Part shown: in pieces, positions 36,901-50,100 of the stretch | Layout of the letters: every line of letters starts with the position of its first letter | Numbering within the stretch: the first letter of the stretch is position 1 | Origin: Lingula anatina | Lineage: Eukaryota; Animalia; Brachiopoda | Direction: 5' to 3' | Length of the DNA stretch: 64,000 nucleotides | Assembly: GCA_051362555.1 (NCBI GenBank) | Contig: JBPQGU010000016.1 | Span: forward strand, 4,154,001 to 4,218,000 | Program-made: the position numbers and the translations under genes | Notes under the pieces: generated by a model | Told to the model about the DNA's origin: nothing | What the model saw: the letters and a program-made list of their open reading frames with translations, nothing else | Databases searched by the model: none

Positions 36901-38949
36901 CAGGTGTGGTAGATTGATTTTCGTCACTTTTTGGAAAAATCGGAGACGGGTCGATTTTTGGTGATTTTGAGTGATTTTGAACAGTGCCGGCACTGTGAGA
37001 TTTCTTCAATTTTGGCCAGGTAGGGATGAAAATTTTTTTTCTTCATTATAGTGTCAGGTAGGTGTGTTCGGTCATTTGTAGTAAGAATAAAGTGCTGGAA
37101 GAGTGGTGGTGTCAACATTAAGGAAGAAATAGAGCAAAAACTCTCTCTCCCCCCCCCTCTCAGATTCTGTTCTCAGAGCTTATTTTTGGATCATCTTTAA
37201 AGCTAGAATTGGGGGCCTTGATGAAGTGACCCGGGCGCGTTTCCACATTTTTTATGAATGACAGGTGTGGTAGATTGATTTTCGTCACTTTTTGGAAAAA
37301 TCGGAGACGGGTCGATTTTTGGTGATTTTGAGTGATTTTGAACAGTGCCGGCACTGTGAGATTTCTTCAATTTTGGCCAGGTAGGGATGAAAATTTTTTT
37401 TCTTCATTATAGTGTCAGGTAGGTGTGTTCGGTCATTTGTAGTAAGAATAAAGTGCTGGAAGAGTGGTGGTGTCAACATTAAGGAAGAAATAGAGCAAAA
37501 ACTCTCTCTCCCCCCCCCTCTCAGATTCTGTTCTCAGAGCTTATTTTTGGATCATCTTTAAAGCTAGAATTGGGGGCCTTGATGAAGTGACCCGGGCGCG
37601 TTTCCACATTTTTTATGAATGACAGGTGTGGTAGATTGATTTTCGTCACTTTTTGGAAAAATCGGAGACGGGTCGATTTTTGGTGATTTTGAGTGATTTT
37701 GAACAGTGCCGGCACTGTGAGATTTCTTCAATTTTGGCCAGGTAGGGATGAAAATTTTTTTTCTTCATTATAGTGTCAGGTAGGTGTGTTCGGTCATTTG
37801 TAGTAAGAATAAAGTGCTGGAAGAGTGGTGGTGTCAACATTAAGGAAGAAATAGAGCAAAAACTCTCTCTCCCCCCCCCCCTCTCAGATTCTGTTCTCAG
37901 AGCTTATTTTTGGATCATCTTTAAAGCTAGAATTGGGGGCCTTGATGAAGTGACCCGGGCGCGTTTCCACATTTTTTATGAATGACAGGTGTGGTAGATT
38001 GATTTATGTCACTTTTTGGAAAAATCGGAGACGGGTCGATTTTTGGTGATTTTGAGTGATTTTGAACAGTGCCGGCACTGTGAGATTTCTTCAATTTTGG
38101 CCAGGTAGGGATGAAAATTTTTTTTCTTCATTATAGTGTCAGGTAGGTGTGTTCGGTCATTTGTAGTAAGAATAAAGTGCTGGAAGAGTGGTGGTGTCAA
38201 CATTAAGGAAGAAATAGAGCAAAAACTCTCTCTCCCCCCCCCTCTCAGATTCTGTTCTCAGAGCTTATTTTTGGATCATCTTTAAAGCTAGAATTGGGGG
38301 CCTTGATGAAGTGACCAGGGCGTGTTTACATATTTTTTATGAATGACAGGTGTGGTAGATTGATTTTCGTCACTTTTTGGAAAAATCGGAGACGGGTCGA
38401 TTTTTGGTGATTTTGAGTGATTTTGAACAGTGCCGGCACTGTGAGATTTCTTCAATTTTGGCCAGGTAGGGATGAAAATTTTTTTTCTTCATTATAGTGT
38501 CAGGTAGGTGTGTTCGGTCATTTGTAGTAAGAATAAAGTGCTGGAAGAGTGGTGGTGTCAACATTAAGGAAGAAATAGAGCAAAAATTCTTTCTCCCCCC
38601 CCCCCCCCTCTCAGATTCTGTTCTCAGAGCTTATTTTTGGATCATCTTTAAAGCTAGAATTGGGGGCCTTGATGAAGTGACCCGGGCGCGTTTCCACATT
38701 TTTTATGAATGACAGGTGTGGTAGATTGATTTTCGTCACTTTTTGGAAAAATCGGAGACGGGTCGATTTTTGGTGATTTTGAGTGATTTTGAACAGTGCC
38801 GGCACTGTGAGATTTCTTCAATTTTGGCCAGGTAGGGATGAAAATTTTTTTTCTTCATTATAGTGTCAGGTAGGTGTGTTCGGTCATTTGTAGTAAGAAT
38901 AAAGTGCTGGAAGAGTGGTGGTGTCAACATTAAGGAAGAAATAGAGCAA

Positions 38950-41125
38950 AAACTCTCTCCCCCCCCCCCCTCTCAGATTCTGTTCTCAGAGCTTATTTTT
39001 GGATCATCTTTAAAGCTAGAATTGGGGGCCTTGATGAAGTGACCCGGGCGCGTTTCCACATTTTTTATGAATGACAGGTGTGGTAGATTGATTTTCGTCA
39101 CTTTTTGGAAAAATCGGAGACGGGTCGATTTTTGGTGATTTTGAGTGATTTTGAACAGTGCCGGCACTGTGAGATTTCTTCAATTTTGGCCAGGTAGGGA
39201 TGAAAAATTTTTTTCTTCATTATAGTGTCAGGTAGGTGTGTTCGGTCATTTGTAGTAAGAATAAAGTGCTGGAAGAGTGGTGGTGTCAACATTAAGGAAG
39301 AAATAGAGCAAAAACTCTCTCTCCCCCCCCCTCTCAGATTCTGTTCTCAGAGCTTATTTTTGGATCATCTTTAAAGCTAGAATTGGGGGCCTTGATGAAG
39401 TGACCCGGGCGCGTTTCCACATTTTTTATGAATGACAGGTGTGGTAGATTGATTTTCGTCACTTTTGGAAAAATCGGAGACGGGTCGATTTTTGGTGATT
39501 TTGAGTGATTTTGAACAGTGCCAGCACTGTGAGATTTCTTCAATTTTGGCCAGGTAGGGATGAAAATTTTTTTTCTTCATTATAGTGTCAGGTAGGTGTG
39601 TTCGGTCATTTGTAGTAAGAATAAAGTGCTGGAAGAGTGGTGGTGTCAACATTAAGGAAGAAATAGAGCAAAAACTCTGTCTCTCCCCCCCCCCCCTCTC
39701 AGATTCTGTTCTCAGAGCTTATTTTTGGATCATCTTTAAAGCTAGAATTGGGGGCCTTGATGAAGTGACCCGGGCGCGTTTCCACATTTTTTATTAATGT
39801 CAGGTGTGGTAGATTGATTTTCGTCACTTTTTGGAAAAATCGGAGACGGGTCGATTTTTGGTGATTTTGAGTGATTTTGAACAGTGCCAGCACTGTGAGA
39901 TTTCTTCAATTTTGGCCAGGTAGGGATGAAAATTTTTTTTCTTCATTATAGTGTCAGGTAGGTGTGTTCGGTCATTTGTAGTAAGAATAAAGTGCTGGAA
40001 GAGTGGTGGTGTCAACATTAAGGAAGAAATAGAGCAAAAACTCTCTCCCCCCCCCCCCTCTCAGATTCTGTTCTCAGAGCTTATTTTTGGATCATCTTTA
40101 AAGCTAGAATTGGGGGCCTTGATGAAGTGACCCGGGCGCGTTTCCACATTTTTTATGAATGACAGGTGTGGTAGATTGATTTTCGTCACTTTTTGGAAAA
40201 ATCGGAGACGGGTCGATTTTTGGTGATTTTGAGTGATTTTGAACAGTGCCGGCACTGTGAGATTTCTTCAATTTTGGCCAGGTAGGGATGAAAAATTTTT
40301 TTCTTCATTATAGTGTCAGGTAGGTGTGTTCGGTCATTTGTAGTAAGAATAAAGTGCTGGAAGAGTGGTGGTGTCAACATTAAGGAAGAAATAGAGCAAA
40401 AACTCTCTCTCCCCCCCCCTCTCAGATTCTGTTCTCAGAGCTTATTTTTGGATCATCTTTAAAGCTAGAATTGGGGGCCTTGATGAAGTGACCCGGGCGC
40501 GTTTCCACATTTTTTATGAATGACAGGTGTGGTAGATTGATTTTCGTCACTTTTGGAAAAATCGGAGACGGGTCGATTTTTGGTGATTTTGAGTGATTTT
40601 GAACAGTGCCAGCACTGTGAGATTTCTTCAATTTTGGCCAGGTAGGGATGAAAATTTTTTTTCTTCATTATAGTGTCAGGTAGGTGTGTTCGGTCATTTG
40701 TAGTAAGAATAAAGTGCTGGAAGAGTGGTGGTGTCAACATTAAGGAAGAAATAGAGCAAAAACTCTGTCTCTCCCCCCCCCCCCTCTCAGATTCTGTTCT
40801 CAGAGCTTATTTTTGGATCATCTTTAAAGCTAGAATTGGGGGCCTTGATGAAGTGACCCGGGCGCGTTTCCACATTTTTTATTAATGTCAGGTGTGGTAG
40901 ATTGATTTTCGTCACTTTTTGGAAAAATCGGAGACGGGTCGATTTTTGGTGATTTTGAGTGATTTTGAACAGTGCCAGCACTGTGAGATTTCTTCAATTT
41001 TGGCCAGGTAGGGATGAAAATTTTTTTTCTTCATTATAGTGTCAGGTAGGTGTGTTCGGTCATTTGTAGTAAGAATAAAGTGCTGGAAGAGTGGTGGTGT
41101 CAACATTAAGGAAGAAATAGAGCAA
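38950..41125 (-). repeat. Local 3-monomer higher-order duplication (1088-bp unit, 2 copies; boundaries approximate)
   Basis: Variant ORFs pair at +1088 (39334/40422, 39699/40787). TTATTAATGTCAGG, CTCTGTCTCT and CCAGCAC variants repeat. Confidence 0.88.
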
Positions 41126-44100
41126 AAACTCTCTCTCCCCCCCCCCCTCTCAGATTCTGTTCTCAGAGCTTATTTTTGGATCATCTTTAAAGCTAGAATT
41201 GGGGGCCTTGATGAAGTGACCCGGGCGCATTTCCACATTTTTTATGAATGACAGGTGTGGTAGATTGATTTTCGTCACTTTTTGGAAAAATCGGAGACGG
41301 GTCGATTTTTGGTGATTTTGAGTGATTTTGAACAGTGCCGGCACTGTGAGATTTCTTCAATTTTGGCCAGGTAGGGATGAAAATTTTTTTTCTTCATTAT
41401 AGTGTCAGGTAGGTGTGTTCGGTCATTTGTAGTAAGAATAAAGTGCTGGAAGAGTGGTGGTGTCAACATTAAGGAAGAAATAGAGCAAAAACCCTCTCTC
41501 CCCCCCCCTCTCAGATTCTGTTCTCAGAGCTTATTTTTGGATCATCTTTAAAGCTAGAATTGGGGGCCTTGATGAAGTGACCCGGGCGCGTTTACACATT
41601 TTTTATGAATGACAGGTGTGGTAGATTGATTTTCGTCACTTTTTGGAAAAATCGGAGACGGGTCGATTTTTGGTGATTTTGAGTGATTTTGAACAGTGCC
41701 GGCACTGTGAGATTTCTTCAATTTTGGCCAGGTAGGGATGAAAATTTTTTTTCTTCATTATAGTGTCAGGTAGGTGTGTTCGGTCATTTGTAGTAAGAAT
41801 AAAGTGCTGGAAGAGTGGTGGTGTCAACATTAAGGAAGAAATAGAGCAAAAACTCTCTCTCCCCCCCCTCTCAGATTCTGTTCTCAGAGCTTATTTTTGG
41901 ATCATCTTTAAAGCTAGAATTGGGGGCCTTGATGAAGTGACCCGGGCGCGTTTCCACATTTTTTATGAATGACAGGTGTGGTAGATTGATTTTCGTCACT
42001 TTTTGGAAAAATCGGAGACGGGTCGATTTTTGGTGATTTTGAGTGATTTTGAACAGTGCCGGCACTGTGAGATTTCTTCAATTTTGGCCAGGTAGGGATG
42101 AAAATTTTTTTTCTTCATTATAGTGTCAGGTAGGTGTGTTCGGTCATTTGTAGTAAGAATAAAGTGCTGGAAGAGTGGTGGTGTCAACATTAAGGAAGAA
42201 ATAGAGCAAAAACTCTCTCCCCCCCCCTCTCAGATTCTGTTCTCAGAGCTTATTTTTGGATCATCTTTAAAGCTAGAATTGGGGGCCTTGATGAAGTGAC
42301 CCGGGCGCGTTTACACATTTTTTATGAATGACAGGTGTGGTAGATTGATTTTCGTCACTTTTTGGAAAAATCGGAGACGGGTCGATTTTTGGTGATTTTG
42401 AGTGATTTTGAACAGTGCCGGCACTGTGAGATTTCTTCAATTTTGGCCAGGTAGGGATGAAAATTTTTTTTCTTCATTATAGTGTCAGGTAGGTGTGTTC
42501 GGTCATTTGTAGTAAGAATAAAGTGCTGGAAGAGTGGTGGTGTCAACATTAAGGAAGAAATAGAGCAAAAACTCTCTCTCCCCCCCCCCTCTCAGATTCT
42601 GTTCTCAGAGCTTATTTTTGGATCATCTTTAAAGCTAGAATTGGGGGCCTTGATGAAGTGACCCGGGCGCGTTTACACATTTTTTATGAATGACAGGTGT
42701 GGTAGATTGATTTTCGTCACTTTTTGGAAAAATCGGAGACGGGTCGATTTTTGGTGATTTTGAGTGATTTTGAACAGTGCCGGCACTGTGAGATTTCTTC
42801 AATTTTGGCCAGGTAGGGATGAAAATTTTTTTTCTTCATTATAGTGTCAGGTAGGTGTGTTCGGTCATTTGTAGTAAGAATAAAGTGCTGGAAGAGTGGT
42901 GGTGTCAACATTAAGGAAGAAATAGAGCAAAAACTCTCTCTCCCCCCCCCCTCTCAGATTCTGTTCTCAGAGCTTATTTTTGGATCATCTTTAAAGCTAG
43001 AATTGGGGGCCTTGATGAAGTGACCCGGGCGCGTTTACACATTTTTTATGAATGACAGGTGTGGTAGATTGATTTTCGTCACTTTTTGGAAAAATCGGAG
43101 ACGGGTCGATTTTTGGTGATTTTGAGTGATTTTGAACAGTGCCGGCACTGTGAGATTTCTTCAATTTTGGCCAGGTAGGGATGAAAATTTTTTTTCTTCA
43201 TTATAGTGTCAGGTAGGTGTGTTCGGTCATTTGTAGTAAGAATAAAGTGCTGGAAGAGTGGTGGTGTCAACATTAAGGAAGAAATAGAGCAAAAACTCTC
43301 TCCCCCCCCCTCTCAGATTCTGTTCTCAGAGCTTATTTTTGGATCATCTTTAAAGCTAGAATTGAGGGCCTTGATGAAGTGACCCGGGCGCGTTTACACA
43401 TTTTTTATGAATGACAGGTGTGGTAGATTGATTTTCGTCACTTTTTGGAAAAATCGGAGACGGGTCGATTTTTGGTGATTTTGAGTGATTTTGAACAGTG
43501 CCGACACTGTGAGATTTCTTCAATTTTGGCCAGGTAGGGATGAAAAATTTTTTTCTTCATTATAGTGTCAGGTATGTGTGTTCGGTCATTTGTAGTAAGA
43601 ATAAAGTGCTGGAAGAGTGGTGGTGTCAACATTAAGGAAGAAATAGAGCAAAAACTCTCTCTCCCCCCCCCCTCTCAGATTCTGTTCTCAGAGCTTATTT
43701 TTGGATCATCTTTAAAGCTAGAATTGGGGGCCTTGATGAAGTGACCCGGGCGCGTTTACACATTTTTTATGAATGACAGGTGTGGTAGATTGATTTTCGT
43801 CACTTTTTGGAAAAATCGGAGACGGGTCGATTTTTGGTGATTTTGAGTGATTTTGAACAGTGCCGGCACTGTGAGATTTCTTCAATTTTGGCCAGGTAGG
43901 GATGAAAATTTTTTTTCTTCATTATAGTGTCAGGTAGGTGTGTTCGGTCATTTGTAGTAAGAATAAAGTGCTGGAAGAGTGGTGGTGTCAACATTAAGGA
44001 AGAAATAGAGCAAAAACTCTCTCTCCCCCCCCCCTCTCAGATTCTGTTCTCAGAGCTTATTTTTGGATCATCTTTAAAGCTAGAATTGGGGGCCTTGATG

Positions 44101-47100
44101 AAGTGACCCGGGCGCGTTTACACATTTTTTATGAATGACAGGTGTGGTAGATTGATTTTCGTCACTTTTTGGAAAAATCGGAGACGGGTCGATTTTTGGT
44201 AATTTTGATTGATTTTGAACAGTGCCGGCACTGTGAGACTTCTTCAGTTTTGGCCAGGTAGGGATGAAAATTTTTTTTCTTCATTATAGTGTCAGGTAGG
44301 TGTGTTCGGTCATTTGTAGTAAGAATAAAGTGCTGGAAGAGTGGTGGTGTCAACATTAAGGAAGAAATAGAGCAAAAACTCTCTCTCCCCCCCCCCCCCT
44401 CTCAGATTCTGTTCTCAGAGCTTATTTTTGGATCATCTTTAAAGCTAGAATTGGGGGCCTTGATGAAATGACCCGGGCGCGTTTCCACATTTTTTATGAA
44501 TGACAGGTGTGGTAGATTGATTTTCCTCACTTTTTGGAAAAATCGGAGACGGGTCGATTTTTGGTGATTTTGAGTGATTTTGAACAGTGCCGGCACTGTG
44601 AGATTTCTTCAATTTTGGCCAGGTAGGGATGAAAAATTTTTTTCTTTTTTATAGTGTCAGGTAGGTGTGTTCGGTCATTTGTAGTAAGAATAAAGTGCTG
44701 GAAGAGTGGTGGTGTCAACATTAAGGAAGAAATAGAGCAAAAACTCTCTCTCCCCCCCCCCCTCTCAGATTCTGTTCTCAGAGCTTATTTTTGGATCATC
44801 TTTAAAGCTAGAATTGGGGGCCTTGATGAAGTGACCCGGGCGCGTTTACACATTTTTTATGAATGATAGGTGTGGTAGATTGATTTTCGTCACTTTTTGG
44901 AAAAATCGGAGACGGGTCGATTTTTGGTGATTTTGAGTGATTTTGAACAGTGCCGGCACTGTGAGATTTCTTCAATTTTGGCCAGGTAGGGATGAAAAAT
45001 TTTTTTTCTTCATTATAGTGTCAGGTAGGTGTGTTCGGTCATTTGTAGTAAGAATAAAGTGCTGGAAGAGTGGTGGTGTCAACATTAAGGAAGAAATAGA
45101 GCAAAAACTCTCTCTCCCCCCCCCTCTCAGATTCTGTTCTCAGAGCTTATTTTTGGATCATCTTTAAAGCTAGAATTGGGGGCCTTGATGAAGTGACCCG
45201 GGCGCGTTTACACATTTTTTATGAATGACAGGTGTGGTAGATTGATTTTCGTCACTTTTTGGAAAAATCGGAGACGGGTCGATTTTTGGTGATTTTGAGT
45301 GATTTTGAACAGTGCCGGCACTGTGAGATTTCTTCAATTTTGGCCAGGTAGGGATGAAAATTTTTTTTCTTCATTATAGTGTCAGGTAGGTGTGTTCGGT
45401 CATTTGTAGTAAGAATAAAGTGCTGGAAGAGTGGTGGTGTCAACATTAAGGAAGAAATAGAGCAAAAACTCTCTCTCCCCCCCCCTCTCAGATTCTGTTC
45501 TCAGAGCTTATTTTTGGATCATCTTTAAAGCTAGAATTGGGGGCCTTGATGAAGTGACCCGGGCGCGTTTACACATTTTTTATGAATGACAGGTGTGGTA
45601 GATTGATTTTCGTCACTTTTTGGAAAAATCGGAGACGGGTCGATTTTTGGTGATTTTGAGTGATTTTGAACAGTGCCGGCACTGTGAGATTTCTTCAATT
45701 TTGGCCAGGTAGGGATGAAAATTTTTTTTCTTCATTATAGTGTCAGGTAGGTGTGTTCGGTCATTTGTAGTAAGAATAAAGTGCTGGAAGAGTGGTGGTG
45801 TCAACATTAAGGAAGAAATAGAGCAAAAACTCTCTCTCCCCCCCCCTCTCAGATTCTGTTCTAAGAGCTTTTTTTTGGATCATCTTTAAAGCTAGAATTG
45901 GGGGCCTTGATGAAGTGACCCGGGCGCGTTTACACATTTTTTATGAATGACAGGTGTGGTAGATTGATTTTCGTCACTTTTTGGAAAAATCGGAGACGGG
46001 TCGATTTTTGGTGATTTTGAGTGATTTTGAACAGTGCCGGCACTGTGAGATTTCTTCAATTTTGGCCAGGTAGGGATGAAAATTTTTTTTCTTCATTATA
46101 GTGTCAGGTAGGTGTGTTCGGTCATTTGTAGTAAGAATAAAGTGCTGGAAGAGTGGTGGTGTCAACATTAAGGAAGAAATAGAGCTCTCTCTCCCCCCCC
46201 CCCTCTCAGATTCTGTTCTCAGAGCTTATTTTTGGATCATCTTTAAAGCTAGAATTGGGGGCCTTGATGAAGTGACCCGGGCGCGTTTACACATTTTTTA
46301 TGAATGACAGGTGTGGTAGATTGATTTTCGTCACTTTTTGGAAAAATCGGAGACGGGTCGATTTTTGGTGATTTTGAGTGATTTTGAACAGTGCCGGCAC
46401 TGTGAGATTTCTTCAATTTTGGCCAGGTAGGGATGAAAATTTTTTTTCTTCATTATAGTGTCAGGTAGGTGTGTTCGGTCATTTGTAGTAAGAATAAAGT
46501 GCTGGAAGAGTGGTGGTGTCAACATTAAGGAAGAAATAGAGCAAAAACTCTCTCTCCCCCCCCCCCCTCTCAGATTCTGTTCTCAGAGCTTATTTTTGGA
46601 TCATCTTTAAAGCTAGAATTGGGGGCCTTGATGAAGTGACCCGGGCGCGTTTACACATTTTTTATGAATGACAGGTGTGGTAGATTGATTTTCGTCACTT
46701 TTTGGAAAAATCGGAGACGGGTCGATTTTTGGTGATTTTGAGTGATTTTGAACAGTGCCGGCACTGTGAGATTTCTTCAATTTTGGCCAGGTAGGGATGA
46801 AAATTTTTTTTCTTCATTATAGTGTCAGGTAGGTGTGTTCGGTCATTTGTAGTAAGAATAAAGTGCTGGAAGAGTGGTGGTGTCAACATTAAGGAAGAAA
46901 TAGAGCAAAAACTCTCTCTCCCCCCCCCCTCTCAGATTCTGTTCTCAGAGCTTATTTTTGGATCATCTTTAAAGCTAGAATTGGGGGCCTTGATGAAGTG
47001 ACCAGGGCGCGTTTACACATTTTTTATGAATGACAGGTGTGGTAGATTGATTTTCGTCACTTTTTGGAAAAATCGGAGACGGGTCGATTTTTGGTGATTT

Positions 47101-50100
47101 TGAGTGATTTTGAACAGTGCCAGCACTGTGAGATTTCTTCAATTTTGGCCAGGTAGGGATGAACATTTTTTTTCTTCATTATAGTGTCAGGTAGGTGTGT
47201 TCGGTCATTTGTAGTAAGAATAAAGTGCTGGAAGAGTGGTGGTGTCAACATTAAGGAAGAAATAGAGCAAAAACTCTCTCTCCCCCCCCCCCCTCTCAGA
47301 TTCTGTTCTCAGAGCTTATTTTTGGATCATCTTTAAAGCTAGAATTGGGGGCCTGGATGAAGTGAACCGGGCGCGTTTACACATTTTTTATGAATGACAG
47401 GTGTGGTAGATTGATTTTCGTCACTTTTTGGAAAAATCGGAGACGGGTCGATTTTTGGTGATTTTGAGTGATTTTGAACAGTGCCGGCACTGTGAGATTT
47501 CTTCAATTTTGGCCAGGTAGGGATGAAAATTTTTTTTCTTCATTATAGTGTCAGGTAGGTGTGTTCGGTCATTTGTAGTAAGAATAAAGTGCTGGAAGAG
47601 TGGTGGTGTCAACATTAAGGAAGAAATAGAGCAAAAACTCTCTCTCCCCCCCCCCTCTCAGATTCTGTTCTCAGAGCTTATTTTTGGATCATCTTTAAAG
47701 CTAGAATTGGGGGCCTTGATGAAGTGACCCGGGCGCGTTTACACATTTTTTATGAATGACAGGTGTGGTAGATTGATTTTCGTCACTTTTTGGAAAAATC
47801 GGAGAGATTTTTGGTGATTTTGAGTGATTTTGAACAGTGCCGGCACTGTGAGATTTCTTCAATTTTGGCCAGGTAGGGATGAAAATTTTTTTTCTTCATT
47901 ATAGTGTCAGGTAGGTGTGTTCGGTCATTTGTAGTAAGAATAAAGTGCTGGAAGAGTGGTGGTGTCAACATTAAGGAAGAAATAGAGCAAAAACTCTCTC
48001 TCCCCCCCCCCCTCTCAGATTCTGTTCTCAGAGCTTATTTTTGGATCATCTTTAAAGCTAGAATTGGGGGCCTTGATGAAGTGACCCGGGCGCGTTTCCA
48101 CATTTTTTATGAATGACAGGTGTGGTAGATTGATTTTCCTCACTTTTTGGAAAAATCGGAGACGGGTCGATTTTTGGTGATTTTGAGTGATTTTGAACAG
48201 TGCCGGCACTGTGAGATTTCTTCAATTTTGGCCAGGTAGGGATGAAAATTTTTTTTCTTCATTATAGTGTCAGGTAGGTGTGTTTGGTCATTTGTAGTAA
48301 GAATAAAGTGCTGGAAGAGTGGTGGTGTCAACATTAAGGAAGAAATAGAGCAAAAACTCTCTCTCTCCCCCCCCTCTCAGATTCTGTTCTCAGAGCTTAT
48401 TTTTGGATCATCTTTAAAGCTAGAATTGGGGGCCTTGATGAAGTGACCCGGGCGCGTTTCCACATTTTTTATGAATGACAGGTGTGGTAGATTGATTTTC
48501 GTCACTTTTTGGAAAAATCGGAGACGGGTCGATTTTTGGTGATTTTGAGTGATTTTGAACAGTGCCGGCACTGTGAGATTTCTTCAATTTTGGCCAGGTA
48601 GGGATGAAAATTTTTTTTCTTCATTATAGTGTCAGGTAGGTGTGTTCGTTCATTTGTAGTAAGAATAAAGTGCTGGAAGAGTGGTGGTGTCAACATAAGG
48701 GAAGAAATAGAGCAAAAACTCTCTCTCCCCCCCCCCTCTCAGATTCTGTTCTCAGAGCTTATTTTTGGATCATCTTTGAAGCTAGAATTGGGGGCCTTGA
48801 TGAAGTGACCCGGGCGCGTTTCCACATTTTTTATGAATGACAGGTGTGGTAGATTGATTTTCGTCACTTTTTGGAAAAAATCGGAGACGGGTCGATTTTT
48901 GGTGATTTTGAGTGATTTTGAACAGTGCCGGCACTGTGAGATTTCTTCAATTTTGGCCAGGAAGGGATGAAAATTTTTTTTCTTCATTATAGTGTCAGGT
49001 AGGTGTGTTCGGTCATTTGTAGTAAGAATAAAGTGCTGGAAGAGTGGTGGTGTCAACATTAAGGAAGAAATAGAGCAAAAACTCTTTCTCCCCCCCCTCT
49101 CAGATTCTGTTCTCAGAGCTTATTTTTGGATCATCTTTAAAGCTAGAATTGGGGGCCTTGATGAAGTGACCCGGGTGCGTTTACACATTTTTTATGAATG
49201 ACAGGTGTGGTAGATTGATTTTCGTCACTTTTTGGAAAAATCGGAGACGGGTCGATTTTTGGTGATTTTGAGTGAATTTGAACAGTGCCGGCACTGTGAG
49301 ATTTCTTCAATTTTGGCCAGGTAGGGATGAAAATTTTTTTCTTCATTATAGTGTCAGGTAGGTGTGTTCGGTCATTTGTAGTAAGAATAAAGTGCTGGAA
49401 GAGTGGTGGTGTCAACATTAAGGAAGAAATAGAGCAAAAACTCTCTCTCCCCCCCCCCCCCTCTCAGATTCTGTTCTCAGAGCTTATTTTTGGATCATCT
49501 TTAAAGCTAGAATTGGGGGCCTTGATGAAGTGACCCGGGCGCGTTTACACATTTTTTATGAATGACAGGTGTGGTAGATTGATTTTCGTCACTTTTTGGA
49601 AAAATCGGAGACGGGTCGATTTTTGGTGATTTTGAGTGATTTTGAACAGTGCCGGCACTGTGAGATTTCTTCAATTTTGGCCAGGTAGGGATGAAAATTT
49701 TTTTCTTCATTATAGTGTCAGGTAGGTGTGTTCAGTCATTTGTAGTAAGAATAAAGTGCTGGAAGAGTGGTGGTGTCAACATTAAGGAAGAAATAGAGCA
49801 AAAACTCTCTCTCCCCCCCCCCCCTCTCAGATTCTGTTCTCAGAGCTTATTTTTGGATCATCTTTAAAGCTAGAATTGGGGGCCTTGATGAAGTGACCCG
49901 GGCGCGTTTACACATTTTTTATGAATGACAGGTGTGGTAGATTGATTTTCGTCACTTTTTGGAAAAATCGGAGACGGGTCGATTTTTGGTGATTTTGAGT
50001 GATTTTGAACAGTGCCGGCACTGTGAGATTTCTTCAATTTTGGCCAGGTAGGGATGAAAATTTTTTTTCTTCATTATAGTGTCAGGTAGGTGTGTTCGTT

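Noticed and set aside
46180-47812. Isolated 6-bp deletions in single monomers (~46185 and ~47806)
   Set aside because: Singletons consistent with ordinary slippage; no pattern.
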